Source: Octopus vulgaris (lineage: Eukaryota). Taken from it: 64,000 nucleotides of DNA. Under the pieces are notes generated by a model. The model saw only the letters and a list, made by a program, of their open reading frames with translations. It ran no database searches and was not told where the DNA came from. The stretch covers positions 85,870,001 to 85,934,000 of the forward strand of contig OX597824.1 of assembly GCA_951406725.2 (NCBI GenBank), given 5' to 3'. Positions within the stretch are counted from its first letter, which is position 1. Each line of letters opens with the position of its first letter. Shown one piece after another: positions 34,715-47,281 of the stretch. Both the position numbers and the translations under genes were made by a program.

Positions 34715-35512
34715 TCATGTCTGTTGAGAGTTGTTCAGCAAAAAATGCAACATGTGCAGGGCTGGTGTATAAACGCAGGGATTGAAATGCATTGCTACTT
34801 CTTCGAGTTCGTCTCGCGACATGACTGGGAGTCGTACCACCGTCATAAAATGGTCAAAGTAATCAGCACGTGCCTCAAAATCATAATTTATCCATTTCAC
34901 AATCTGTTTGAAAAGAAAGAATTCAGAGGGAACTTTTAGCTGGGGGCTCTGGGCCAATGAAAAAAGAACCTCAAAAGGGATTCGGTTAAACCTGTCGACA
35001 TCTTTGCTAATAGATTCGAAGTTTTTCATTAGGAAATCGAGCAGCGCTGGTCCAACAAGAAGCAGACAAAACTCCCCAGTTAAACCTAAAATCTGTAGCC
35101 AGTGCGTGTCTAATTTGGTGAGGAGGAACTGTTCGCAATATCCGGTTAGCTGTGTTAGTAAAAGGTACTGACAAGTTTGTAAAACATTTTCTATGTTTAC
35201 CATATCAAGGTCAATGCTACCCGTGTTAATATAATCTAAGATTCTCTGGAATTCAGTCCGGTTAATATTGTCTAAGGTAATCGGTGACCGATTATTGGGA
35301 TAGGATTCTTTAAATAACCAACGGAAATAACCACTGTGCCTCGAAAGGGCATGACAATCTACGTTGAACTTTGCGTCATCACTAACTACGATTTCACAAG
35401 TCTGGGCATTCTGATTATTTTGTGAAGAAGCGCTGAGGTCCAAGGGTATGGAATCCTGGTGATATTCAGTACAGCAACAGCCGCTTTGGAATTCGTCTCT
35501 GGCCACCAACAT
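34715..35512 (-). CDS. BTB/POZ + BACK domain protein (kelch-like family, no kelch repeats), 265 aa
   Basis: BTB: F.VDCHALSRHSGYFRWLF...FQRILDYINTGSI.L...NIENVLQTCQYLLL..L...CEQFL. BACK: F..IPFEVLFSL..S..LKVPSEFFLF..IVKWI.YD...R......VVRLP. In-frame TAA upstream; strong acceptor (ttttcttttctttttag|) opens the exon at 35631. Confidence 0.88.
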   Translation of the reverse strand: MLVARDEFQSGCCCTEYHQDSIPLDLSASSQNNQNAQTCEIVVSDDAKFNVDCHALSRHSGYFRWLFKESYPNNRSPITLDNINRTEFQRILDYINTGSIDLDMVNIENVLQTCQYLLLTQLTGYCEQFLLTKLDTHWLQILGLTGEFCLLLVGPALLDFLMKNFESISKDVDRFNRIPFEVLFSLAQSPQLKVPSEFFLFKQIVKWINYDFEARADYFDHFMTVVRLPVMSRDELEEVAMHFNPCVYTPALHMLHFLLNNSQQT

Positions 35513-36119
35513 AGTGCTGGCAGATTTTTTTTTTTTTTTAGCTTAAAATTTCCAGTCACAACCTGTTCAGGTATTAATCAACGCTGATCTTTAAAGATTT
35601 CTTCTTGGTCAAATGTGGGAATCAGACGACACTAAAAAGAAAAGAAAACAAAGTGAATATTAAAACGTCATTACAAAAAACAATTTAAATCAGTATAGTT
35701 GTTGTTATAACATAACCGAGTTAATATGATATTTATTTACTAGCTCAAAAGATAAGAAGTCAGATGTTTCAAATGTAGATGACATCCGTGTTACACAAAA
35801 AAGAAAAAAATCGAGTTGAGCAAAGTTTCTGTCCACAACTTTATCAAGTCTTTGTTCCTTGAACAAAAACTAATCTTTTCATATTTCCATCAATACTGTA
35901 TCACCTTCCCATTGAGAGAGAGAGAGAAGGAGGAGAAATGTATGGGGGAGAGAGATGGTCTGACTCACTGATAGATAAATAGGTTGGGTAATACAGTCGT
36001 CAGTTATGTTTTTGCTGTGGTAATTGTTAGGAATGAACAGAAGTATAAATAGTACAGATAAGCAGCACAAATCAACTAGGAAATTTCTGAGCGGTCATTA
36101 TCACCCTCAAATCATATCC

Positions 36120-36537
36120 GGATCTTTTCGGTTTGAACGGCAGTTTTTTCTAGCGGTGTCATATGAAATTGTCACCCATAATTATGACCCTAGTATCGAT
36201 CTATTGCATTTCAATCTGTTTTAGGGTTAGGGTTAGGGGTGGGGGAAGGGTATCTTTTTTTCTTCACAAATGTAAATAAACCCAAGCTGTTTCTTAAACG
36301 AGGGACATATTCATACGGCACAGAATGTTTTCACCTCAATAGACGTCATTGATTGGTTGAAATTGCAGAAATTGGAGAGAAAAAAAACAACAAATATCTT
36401 AGAAACCATAGAATTTTCTCAATAGAGCCAAGAGAAAAAGATGTTTTATAAACACATTCTACCAGTATACGAAGTTTAAATGTGTTTAGTTACGTGGAAA
36501 TTATGTTAAAAAACTGCCGGTCAAACCGAAGAGATCC
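36120..36537. mobile_element. Merlin-like MITE containing (TTAGGG)3
   Basis: TIR ggatcttttcggtttgaacggcagttttt / aaaaactgccggtcaaaccgaagagatcc; degenerate 8-bp flanks tcatatcc/taacatcc; matches 62860-63272. Confidence 0.85.
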
Positions 36538-37153
36538 TAACATCCTATCGCCTTAAAAGGAAACATGGATAATCTCAGTAACCTTGATATTTCAAAATAT
36601 CCAGTGTGTATGCAGAACTATTTATGCACGCTGCACGAAAGAAGAAAACGGTAGAGTTATGGCTTGTAAATATGTGTTCGTTATTGTACTTAAACAAGGC
36701 TACATTAAACTGATGAACTTTACATGCTCTATCCTTCTCTACAGCCAGGCCAGACCATCAAGAGAGCCTCTACATGGTCGCTCTTACCTGTTAGAGATAA
36801 CAACCAATTTTCGCTCAATCCTGCAACCATCTTAAAGAAGTTTACATTGGACAAAGTTGTCCTTGGAATACAGAATGATATGTATATAAGATGGTCAGAG
36901 TGCCTTTAGGGATACATTTTTTTTTCAATTTGGGGCAATCTGAGGTAAAACAGAGAGAACACTTTCACCGTTGAATTGACAATAGAGTCTATTGCGTGGT
37001 CGTTTAATTTGCTAGAAAACTCAGTCAAATCTCTCTTAAATCGCACCCTACCGCATTTGACCAGGAAGGACACAGTGAATAATGCACATCAGGAAACGTT
37101 TTATTTACATTATTTACATTCGACGGATATTTGTCCTCATCTTTTTTGAGGTT

Positions 37154-37199
37154 AACACAACGTTTCGGCTGATATACCCTCCAGTCTTCATCAGGTGTC
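37154..37199 (-). ncRNA. Minimal hammerhead motif (Penelope-like terminal-repeat type)
   Basis: gacac-CTGATGA-a-gactg(gagggtatat)cagcc-GAAAC-GTT-gtgtt; palindromic AACGTT stem III. Confidence 0.6.
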
Positions 37200-37260
37200 T
37201 TGGGGAAATTTTGAACCTGGGTTCTCATTCCCGTGGTATTTTTCGATGTTGTTGTTGTTG

Positions 37261-37307
<47 letters not shown>

Positions 37308-37319
37308 GTTATTGTTTAG

Positions 37320-37572
37320 GTCAACGTAGTGGCAGACAAAATGCCTATTTCTTTACTGCCCGCAAGGGGCTAAACACAGAGGGTACAAACAAGGACAGAC
37401 AAACGGATTAAGTCGATTACATCGACCTCAGTGCGTAACTGGTACTTATTTAATCGACCCCGAAATGATGAAAGGCAAATTCGACCTCGGCGGAATTTGA
37501 ACTCAGAACGTAGCGGCAGGCGAAATACCGCTAAGCATTTCGCCCGGCGTGCTAACGATTCTGCCAGCTCGC
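37320..37572 (-). mobile_element. SINE family B
   Basis: Matches the family B consensus. Confidence 0.9.
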
Positions 37573-38370
37573 AGCTTCTTAACCACGCAGCCATGCCTGC
37601 CCCAGATGTGTGTGTGTGCGAGAGAGAGAGGGGGGAGGGGGTCTAAAAATATTAAAAGAAATATTTTGATTAGGGATCGAGCTGATAACGATTCTCAGTA
37701 ACTGCAATACGCTATTAGCTCATCGCCCCCTAGACTTTACACCTCGTTTCTCAGAACCCCTTGTTTTATTAAGGATGCCTCACAACGCTAGAAAATAACA
37801 CGGGAAATTAAAAAATCTAACAATAAACTTAAAAGCCCTTTATAAATGCCTTCACTCATATCGCCCCACCATTTGGGCAATTCCATCCAGCGCTCTCTAG
37901 TGTCCAATTCGGGAATTCATTCTACAGACAATACATCTATAGGAATTTTGAGGAAAAATATTCAATATAGTTTCCCCCCCAATGTATTCTTGTGGCCAAT
38001 CAATAAATTTCACAGCTATAATCATAGCAATACAAAGAAGTAAAGTGGCTTAGTGGTTAGGGTGTTGCACTCACGATCGCAATATTGTAGTTTCGATTCC
38101 TGAACGGGGAACAGGACACTTTATTTCACGTTTCTCAGATGCAAATGAGTAACTCTGAGACGACCTGCTGTCCCGCACAGGGGCGATATTGTGATCTCGG
38201 TCACTATACACGCTCTGGAAACCCGGTAATTGGGTCTGTGAGTCCTAAGACTCGAGGCAGTTATGTCCAGGGCACGATGATGATGATGATTACGAACAAA
38301 CGAATCTATTTTAACTGCTTTCGTTCCTTCTACCAAGTTTCGTTCATGCATATAGTACCTATTCTAAAAT

Positions 38371-38620
38371 ATATTTCTTTATTGTCCACAAGGGGCTAAA
38401 CATAGGGGACAAACAAAGACAGGGGACAAACAAAGACAGACAAAGGGATTAAGTCAACTACATCGACCCCAGTGCGTAACTGGTACTTAATTTATCGACC
38501 CCGAAAGGCTGAAAGGCAAAGTCGACGTAGGCGGAATTTGAACTCAGAACGTAGCGACAGACGAAATACTGCTGAGCATTTATGCCCGGCGTGCTAACGA
38601 TTCTGCCAGCTCGCCGCCTT
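38371..38620 (-). mobile_element. SINE family B
   Basis: Matches the family B consensus. Confidence 0.9.
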
Positions 38621-38763
38621 CCAATTCCAAAATAGATTAAGCAGATTAAGTGCAAAACATGTTGATGGAATACAAACTATCGATACTTTGAAATACGATC
38701 TTTCCATTTGAGATATACAGCTTCCTTATCGTCACATAAAATTTGATGAGGATGAACAAAATA

Positions 38764-39445
38764 TTGGGATGTCCGGAAAGTTCGTGCCGATTTATAGTAG
38801 CTTAACTTCCGACTTATTTTAGAACATGTTTGAGTCCATAAAATAGGATTTGACTACACCTCCATTTAGAGCACAGTTTAAGCTATCTTTTTGTGGAAGA
38901 AGGTTTATGTTCCTATAACCTGTGTTAATTCTGTAACCCTTTAAAATGGAAGATAAGAAAGTTCATTGCCGGCACTTAATGCTTTGGGAACTAGACAAAA
39001 ATTGCTGCAGCTCGGCTGGGATGTGTTATAAAGGGCTGTTAAGCTCATTGTTACATTTTTTCATTTCCCGTGTTATTTTCTAGCGTTGTGAGACATCCTT
39101 AATAAAACAAGGGGCTCTGAGAAATGAGGTGTAAATCTAGGGGGCGATGAACTATCCATATTCACCAGATATTGCTCCTTCGGATTTCCACTTATTCAGG
39201 TCTCTGCAGAATAGTCTTAATGGTAGAAATTCAATTCCTTGGATGATGTAAAAAGATACCTTGATGAATTCTTTGCCATGAAACCACCTCAATTCTGGGA
39301 AGATGGTATTTTCAAGTTAGAGGAAAGATGGAGACGCATTGTGCAACAAAATGGTTCATATCTGGTTGATAAAAAATGTAATGGCAAGTATTTATTGACC
39401 TTTTTCTTTCCTTAAAAATCGGCACAAACTTTCCGGACAACCCAA
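38764..39445 (+). mobile_element. Non-autonomous mariner with a 126-bp foreign insertion
   Basis: TA|ttgggatgtccggaaagttcgtgccgattt ... aaatcggcacaaactttccggacaacccaa|TA; PYSPDIAPSDFHLFRSL remnant. Confidence 0.9.
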
Positions 39446-40350
39446 TAACTTGAGTGAGTCCGAAATCAGACCCAATGAGGCAATGACTTATCCACTTGAC
39501 CAATACTTCTCTACAAAATAAAATTAGTCGGCGAGTTGTGAAAGCTTCGAAATATGATAATAACAACGCCATTAATCTGGTAATGTTAATGAAAATTGCG
39601 CCCCGATTTTCAACAGTAAGTTCTTTATCAATGATGAAGAATGTAAATGGTTAGAGATGTAGGAAGTTCAGCGGAAATAATGTTGGGTATTTCCTGTTAC
39701 TTCCATACTGGAGTGTAAATAACAATAAACAAACAAATACCCATTTATTTGCGATAACCACACAACTCCACTGAGTAAAATAGCTTCAGTGGAATCCGTA
39801 AAATAATGAACGTAGAAATAAATGCGAAATGCATCAAAAGTGTGTGAAGCAGGGAAGGGGTGATGGAGAGAAATAAATAGGGGGGGGGGAAACAATGAAT
39901 GAATACATACAAAGAAATGCCTTTGATGAAGCAGTAACTTCCGGTGAAGCCTTTTTAAGAAAAAAGAAAGAAAGAAAGAAACCAACAAACAAATAAAAAA
40001 ACCTCGCTTGACTTAGGTCCCAGACACTAATGCCCCTCGGTTGGGATAATGCGCTGTCAAGGGAGTCGTTTGAATATACACATGTGTGTCATTTGTTTGT
40101 ATTGAAGTGAGTGTTGGAGCGAGATTCGGCCATTTTAGTTCCTTTCCCATTCCACAGCTAAATATTTAGCACGGTCAGCATCACCCCCTCTTTCCCACCT
40201 CGCTCTTTCCTCATCCGCCTACTCTTTTAAAATCGAACTTCGAGAAAGTTACCTAATTTTTAATTTTTTTAACCATAAAAAAAGCTTGATTTCTATAATC
40301 AATTATAAAACAGATCACATTTTAAATTGTAACATCTCTTGAATTTAATG

Positions 40351-41299
40351 TAAACATCTTTTGAATTTGTAGTCCCCCTTCGCCCTTTTTAAAAATCTTT
40401 GTAGTCTCTTTCGCTACAGAGGGTTGAAGTCTTATTTGGGATTAAATCGTAGTGTACCTGGTTTAAATTTATTAAGAAACAAATTACACCTCTAAAAACC
40501 CTAACCGTGTGTTGAAACAGATATTGTTATATTTCGGGACGGTCATTTTTTTTGCCAAATGAACACGCGCACTATATATTTGTTTTTCACTCGTTTATTA
40601 TTGTTCTTATTTTATCTTATGTCCAGTGCCCGAAAATATTTAAATACAAAGAAACAGTGAAAAAGTATTTCATGTTTTCTATGGTACGAATTGAGTATAA
40701 TTAATTAATTAATTAAAAGGGGGAAAAATTAAATTCGGCTGATGACTGTGTTTCATATTGTTACATTTCGGGACAGTCATTTTTTTTTCTTCTTTTTGCC
40801 TAATAAACACACGCAACTAAATATTCATTCTTCACTAGTTTATTATTGTTCTCATTTTATCTTATGTCCAGTGTCCGGGAATTTTTCGTCATACATCTGT
40901 GACCTCTTCACCGACCTTTTCCGTCCAGGTGTAAGGGGAGCAGGAGGACACACGTGGGTGGAAAGGGTCACTGAAGAGGTCACAAATGTGTGACGAAAGA
41001 TTTCCGGGCACTGGACATATGATAAAATAGGAACAGTAATAAACGAATGAAGAACAAATGTATAGTGCGTGTGTTCATTTGGCAAAAAAAATATGATCGT
41101 CCCGAAATATAACAATATCTGTTTCAACACACGGTTAGGAAAACGTTGGGTTTTTAGAGGAGGTGTAATTTGTCTCTTAATGAATTTAAACCAGGTACAC
41201 TACGGTTATCACAAATAAGACTTCAACCCTCTGTAGCGAAAGAGACTACAAAGATTTTAAAAAAGGGCGAAGGGGGACTACAAATTCAAAAGATGTTTA
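40351..41299. repeat. Long fold-back inverted duplication (possible inverted Penelope-like terminal repeats)
   Basis: 40351-40638 is the inverted match of about 41000-41299; 40755-40930 is the inverted match of about 40950-41120; loop of about 20 nt centred near 40940. Confidence 0.85.
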
Positions 41300-41493
41300 T
41301 TGACAGAAAGTTTGATGGACTGAATATTATGAGCCAGAGGAAAATGCAAAATGGTAGTGATTTCCAAAAAACAGAAGTTCGAGGAAAGAGGATATTAAAA
41401 TAAAAGGACTTATATCTAACAGGGAGTTGAACAGAGAAACGATAGTCCCGGAAAGAGAAGCGAGTGACACGTTTAAAGGTCTTGACTGACACA

Positions 41494-41721
41494 CCGTAAA
41501 TCCTCGAGTATAATCCACATTTTTCCCCAAAATTCAAAGGCCAAAATCCCTAGTGCATACTATATACGAGGTTAGAAATGAAAAATATTTTCTAAGCAAT
41601 GTCCGAGTCTCTATTTGCTGTCCGGCAATGTTTTATTCAGACACATTTTGTGATGTCGGGCGCGAAAATATCTTAAGCTGCGTATTATACTCAAGGGTGG
41701 ACTATACTCGAAGATTTACGG
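41494..41721. mobile_element. Tc2/pogo-like MITE
   Basis: ccgtaaatcctcgagtataatccac ... gtggactatactcgaagatttacgg|TA. Confidence 0.8.
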
Positions 41722-41957
41722 TATTTGCAAAATATCTTAGACGAGTTTAAAATACGAGTAGGACATGATGTTATCAATGAGTAGAAACATGACTGATGAT
41801 GCTGAAAGGTCCAGTGATATTTTGTTATATATGTCCTCACCTTCTGGAGTAATTTCCACGAAAATTGAACATAGTAGGGCATTGTCAACACGAACTCTAA
41901 AAAGAGGCGCATAGTATAATCAAACATGGATGATAAACCAGTGCAACAAATTAGATA

Positions 41958-42357
41958 CTAGCAGTATAGCCGAGCCTTGCTCGGGTTTGTTTTCTTTTCG
42001 ACCCTTTAGAATTGGGATTTTTGAAAAGTAAAAATTTTGCATTATGTAGCTTGTTATTCTCTTTGAGTGAACATTTTTCTGGTTGAAAAATACTGAAAAA
42101 TAGCGACACAGCAGTCAAAAAATCGTAAAAAATAGGGATTTTCATAGAAAAAAAGCGCCTTTTTGATGTAAATAATTTTTGGTGTTAACATGGTCCAATT
42201 TGAATTTTATCTTCTACGGAATGAAGAGCAAGCCTTCTTCTATAATACTCTTAATTTTGGTTAACTTGCGACGCAGGGTCTCGGAGGAGATAGTGTTAGT
42301 TGAAGGCTACCAAACCTGCCACACACAGACAATTTCAGCTTTATATATATAGATAGA
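41958..42357 (-). mobile_element. Non-autonomous Helitron, subfamily 2
   Basis: TC start and CTAG end on the minus strand; body matches 30778-31177. Confidence 0.88.
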
Positions 42358-43171
42358 TTTTGCAGCTCTTGTTTGGTTCGTTTTTCAAGATATAGAGAAG
42401 AGCGTTTGTAAAACGCTATTGCATGAAAAATGGACGCAGAGCTACAAAAGTTTAAGATCTACTAAATTAGATAATATAGCCATAGATATGTAATAACTAA
42501 AAGTAGAGCCGTTTTAACATAATTATATGCCCCCTCCCCAGCGAAGCAATGAGAAAAAAGCCCCTTACATACACAGCAATGTATTAAACTAGCTTTGGGC
42601 TTTTTGACTCGTGGGAACCTCGGGTAAACTGACCAGTGTTGCTCACACCTTAAGAAGAAACTGATAAAAAGATGACGATCTGTCCAGTCAGAACTAACAA
42701 ACGACTAAACATCATCATCGTCATCATACGCTCACAAATCTGTTATGATGTTTAAAACTATCACGCCTCACTATTTCATTTATCTCTTCCAAAATATTGT
42801 TACAATAGTCTGTGTGCTAACAAAAGAAAATGAGAACGCCATCTAGGACATGAACAATAATAAGAAACCAACAGAAAAGAAGGAGTTGGGGGCGAACTGG
42901 TGGAAGTAAACAACTTTTACAATTGCATACAAGAAACCACGCGTTTGGGCCAATTTTCCCAGGGTTGCACCAGCACCAGAAAAATGAAAAAACACACACA
43001 CAAAACATAAAAAAGGGATAGGCAACACCCACCCTCTTCTAGCCCTACATCTATCTGTAAATAGATTTAGAAGAGGAGAAAATTTTTTTTTTTAAATGGA
43101 TGTTTGAAAAGAAAAAAAGCTTTACTGAGCTGCATTGAAAATCTCTGACTCATATCATACACGGCCACTCA

Positions 43172-43210
43172 GAGCGCCCCCTGTCGGCCAACCATATAAC
43201 AATGGCTGCC
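43172..43210. promoter_or_regulatory. Candidate CTCF site with adjacent YY1-like motif
   Basis: gagcgccccctgtcggcca matches TAGCGCCCCCTGGTGGCCA at 16/19 positions; acaatggctgcc at 43199-43210. Confidence 0.45.
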
Positions 43211-43705
43211 AATCGACACAATAGATTACAACACGTGTACCTCTTCCCCACTTCAGAAGTCAACAGAGAAGCTAGCGGAGCCTCAAATTATTATTATTAT
43301 TATCATTATTATTATTATTTCATAATAAATCAGGGGAAGTTCCGGTATAGAGTTAATTCGATAGTGTGGGCAGGTGTATTTTTTGTTTTGTTTTTTGTTT
43401 GTTTTTTTTAAATTACTCAGTCCTGCCGCTTACGTACATACAAACACACCCAAAAAAGCCATGAAGTCTTCTCAAATACACATTATATACAACAGATCTC
43501 CTCTCACATACACACAGAAAACAGAAACGTTTATGAGCGCATAGTCAAAACCACACACAAATATACATGAACATACATTAAAACAACACAGTAATGAAAA
43601 ATCGGACAACTAACACACGTTCTCTTGTGTGTGTGTGTGTGTGTGTGTGTGAGTGTGCGTGTGAGGGAGAGAGAGAGAGTGTGTGTGTGTGTGTATATGT
43701 ATGTA

Positions 43706-43755
<50 letters not shown>

Positions 43756-43759
43756 TATA

Positions 43760-43895
43760 TCGCCTTTTAGTCGAGCAAATCGACCCCAGGACTTATTCTT
43801 TGTAAGCCTAGTTCTATCGGTCTCTTTTGTCGAACCGCTAAGTTACGGAGGCATCAGTTGTCAATCAATGTTTGGAGGGGTGGAGACAAACAGAT

Positions 43896-43954
<59 letters not shown>

Positions 43955-44136
43955 GGGAGAGTTTACGATAAGAAACAAAAGACGAAGACAGGTGGTGTAC
44001 AAAACAAACAGATGTATTAGTATAACGCTCAGGAATAGAAAAAGTCTTTTACGTTTCGAGCCTACGCTCTTCTACAGAAAGGGAAAAACAAGGAGAGAAA
44101 AAAATGTGTGTAGTGGCTAACGATCTATCATGGCGC

Positions 44137-44200
<64 letters not shown>

Positions 44201-44392
44201 GACGGGCTTCTTTCAGTTTCTGTCTACCAAATCCACTCACAAGGCTTTGGTCAGCCCGAGGCTATAGTAGAAGACACTTGCCCCCGAGGCTATAGTAGAA
44301 GACACACGCCCAAGGTGCCACGCAGTGGGACTGAACCCGAAACCATGTGGTTGGTCAATAAGCTACTTACCACACAGCCACCTCCTACGCCT
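43760..44392 (-). mobile_element. SINE family A with a roughly 180-bp insertion (43955-44136) in its (TA)n middle
   Basis: Both halves present; internal 27-bp tandem duplication cccgaggctatagtagaagacac. Confidence 0.85.
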
Positions 44393-44665
44393 ATGATATA
44401 TGAATGTATGCATGTGTGTGTGTTTGTATGTGTGCGTAACAGTCAAGTGCACCCCAGATGTACACAGAGAATAAAATACCCACCCACACAGTGAGTGTGT
44501 GTGTGTGTGTTAATGTTTGTTTTTAAGTTCAGTTATAATAGAAATGATTTTACATTAATCTAATGGGTTTTACTGTATTACTTTGTAGGGTGCAAATTTA
44601 TTATTCTTAAACAAGAACGTTGTTGGTAGTGACTTCGAAGTTTCGGCCAGTTGCGCCATTTTCTG

Positions 44666-45270
<605 letters not shown>

Positions 45271-46219
45271 GCATTGAATACCAACTCACATACTATACAT
45301 ATACACATTTCACACCTTCCACACAAACAAACACACACACCGTGAATACCCACCTACACAGATCACGCATATTTGCTGAGAATGAAATTATACCCAAACA
45401 GTCCATCCAGAACACACATACACGAAATAAAGCAAACACACATACACGACAACATACACACACACGCACTCAATACACACAACCGACCAATGGCAACAAA
45501 ACAAGGAGAGTTTTTTTCAATTGCCCCTTTGTACCAATGTGTTTATCCTCTCTCTCTCTCTATCTATCTATCTATCTCTTTCCATGCTCTCCATTTTACG
45601 ATCCTCTCCTTCAATTCCCACGCTCACTCCACCCTGTTGACAAAAAAAAAGGGTGTATTATGAGGCCATTTCAACAACAATGGGAAACACATCTAGTAAA
45701 TACCATCATCTCGCTCATCTTTATCGGTGTTGCCCACCGTCATCCCTACCCCCCACCCGCAATCATCGGGTAGCCTTCTAGTTCATCCCCGTTCTACTCC
45801 GAGTTCAACTTGTAACACACAATTCTACCCCCTTCCTAAAAAATACCTGTCCACTCCTATCTAGTCCCAAAAAACACTCTGGTCCCCAGCCCCACCCATT
45901 TCACCGAACATTTTCCTTTTTAAACACACCTAGCCCCTGACTGAACTCCCCTCCAATTGATAAATGCGTGTAAAAACAAACCCTAACTGAAATAAACGAA
46001 GCCCTTTCAAATACATACACACCTCACAAATATTGTACCAAACGACCTCTTTTTCTAATTTGAAACCTCGATATTTGTGAATCAATGTTTTGTGACACCT
46101 GCTTTCAACTAAGTGTTGTCGTTTCCTTTGGATAAGTGTATGTGTACACTACTAAATCATAAACCATTATCACAAATATATAAATGGAATATTTTTGTCA
46201 CCTAAATTTCTGTTATGTA

Positions 46220-46796
46220 CAGGGTGATTGAAAAGTAACTCTCTATCTTAAAATACTTTCTCTTTTACTCTCTTACTTGTTTCAGTCATTTAACTGTGGG
46301 CATGCTGGAGCACTGCATTTAGTTGAGCAAATTGACCCCAGGACTTATTCTTTGTAAGCCTAGTACTTATTCTATCAGTCTCTTTTGCCGAACCGCTAAG
46401 TTACGGTTGTCAAGCAATGTTGGGGGGGGGGACAAACACACACACACACACACACACATACATATATATACATATATTATATATATACATACGACGGGCT
46501 TCTTTCAGTTTCCGTCTACCAAATCCACTCACAAGGCTTTGGTCGGCCCAAAGCTATAGTAGAAGACATTTGTCCAAAGTGCCACGCAGTGGGACTGAAC
46601 CCGGAACCATGTGGTTGGTAAGCAATCTACTTACCACACAGCCATAAATATTTATTAATTGTAATTTTTTTCTCAAACTTTAAAACGTCACACTAAAAGC
46701 TTTCTTCGCATATCCATCTTTTCTTTTTATAAAAATTACAACTAATAAATAATTTATAAGTATTTTAAAATAAGGGTTTACTTTTCAATCACCCTG
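46220..46796. mobile_element. Tc1/mariner-type MITE with a nested SINE family A copy (46256-46644, -)
   Basis: TA|cagggtgattgaaaagtaa ... ttacttttcaatcaccctg|TA. Confidence 0.85.
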
Positions 46797-46841
<45 letters not shown>

Positions 46842-47105
46842 AAGAGCTAGAGAGACAAGGAGAACTCGGACGACTATCCTACCAATAATAATATGCGAAT
46901 CGAACATTCGAACAAGCTACTGTAAATTTACGATACTCAGCAACAGAACCAATTGCTTCTTAGCCTTTCTTCTGCGGAAAAAAGATTGCTGTATTGTACA
47001 TCATTCACCTACACAACCTTCCTTCATGACATAGTTAAAGAGACTAGGCTGAAAAGGAGTTCGAATGACATCGTCTCCTCTCACGGACACTCTATATACC
47101 AATAC

Positions 47106-47281
47106 CTATTTCTTTACTACATGCAAGGGGCTAAACACAGAGAGGACGAACAAGGACAGACAAATGGTTTAAGTCGATTATATCGACCCCAGTGCGTAAC
47201 TGGTCTCAGAACGTAACGGCAGACGAAATACTGCTAAGCATTTCGCCCGGCGTGCTAACGTTTCTGCCAGCTCGCCGCCTT
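47106..47281 (-). mobile_element. SINE family B, internally deleted, with 15-bp TSD
   Basis: tctatataccaatac at 47091-47105 and 47282-47296. Confidence 0.9.
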
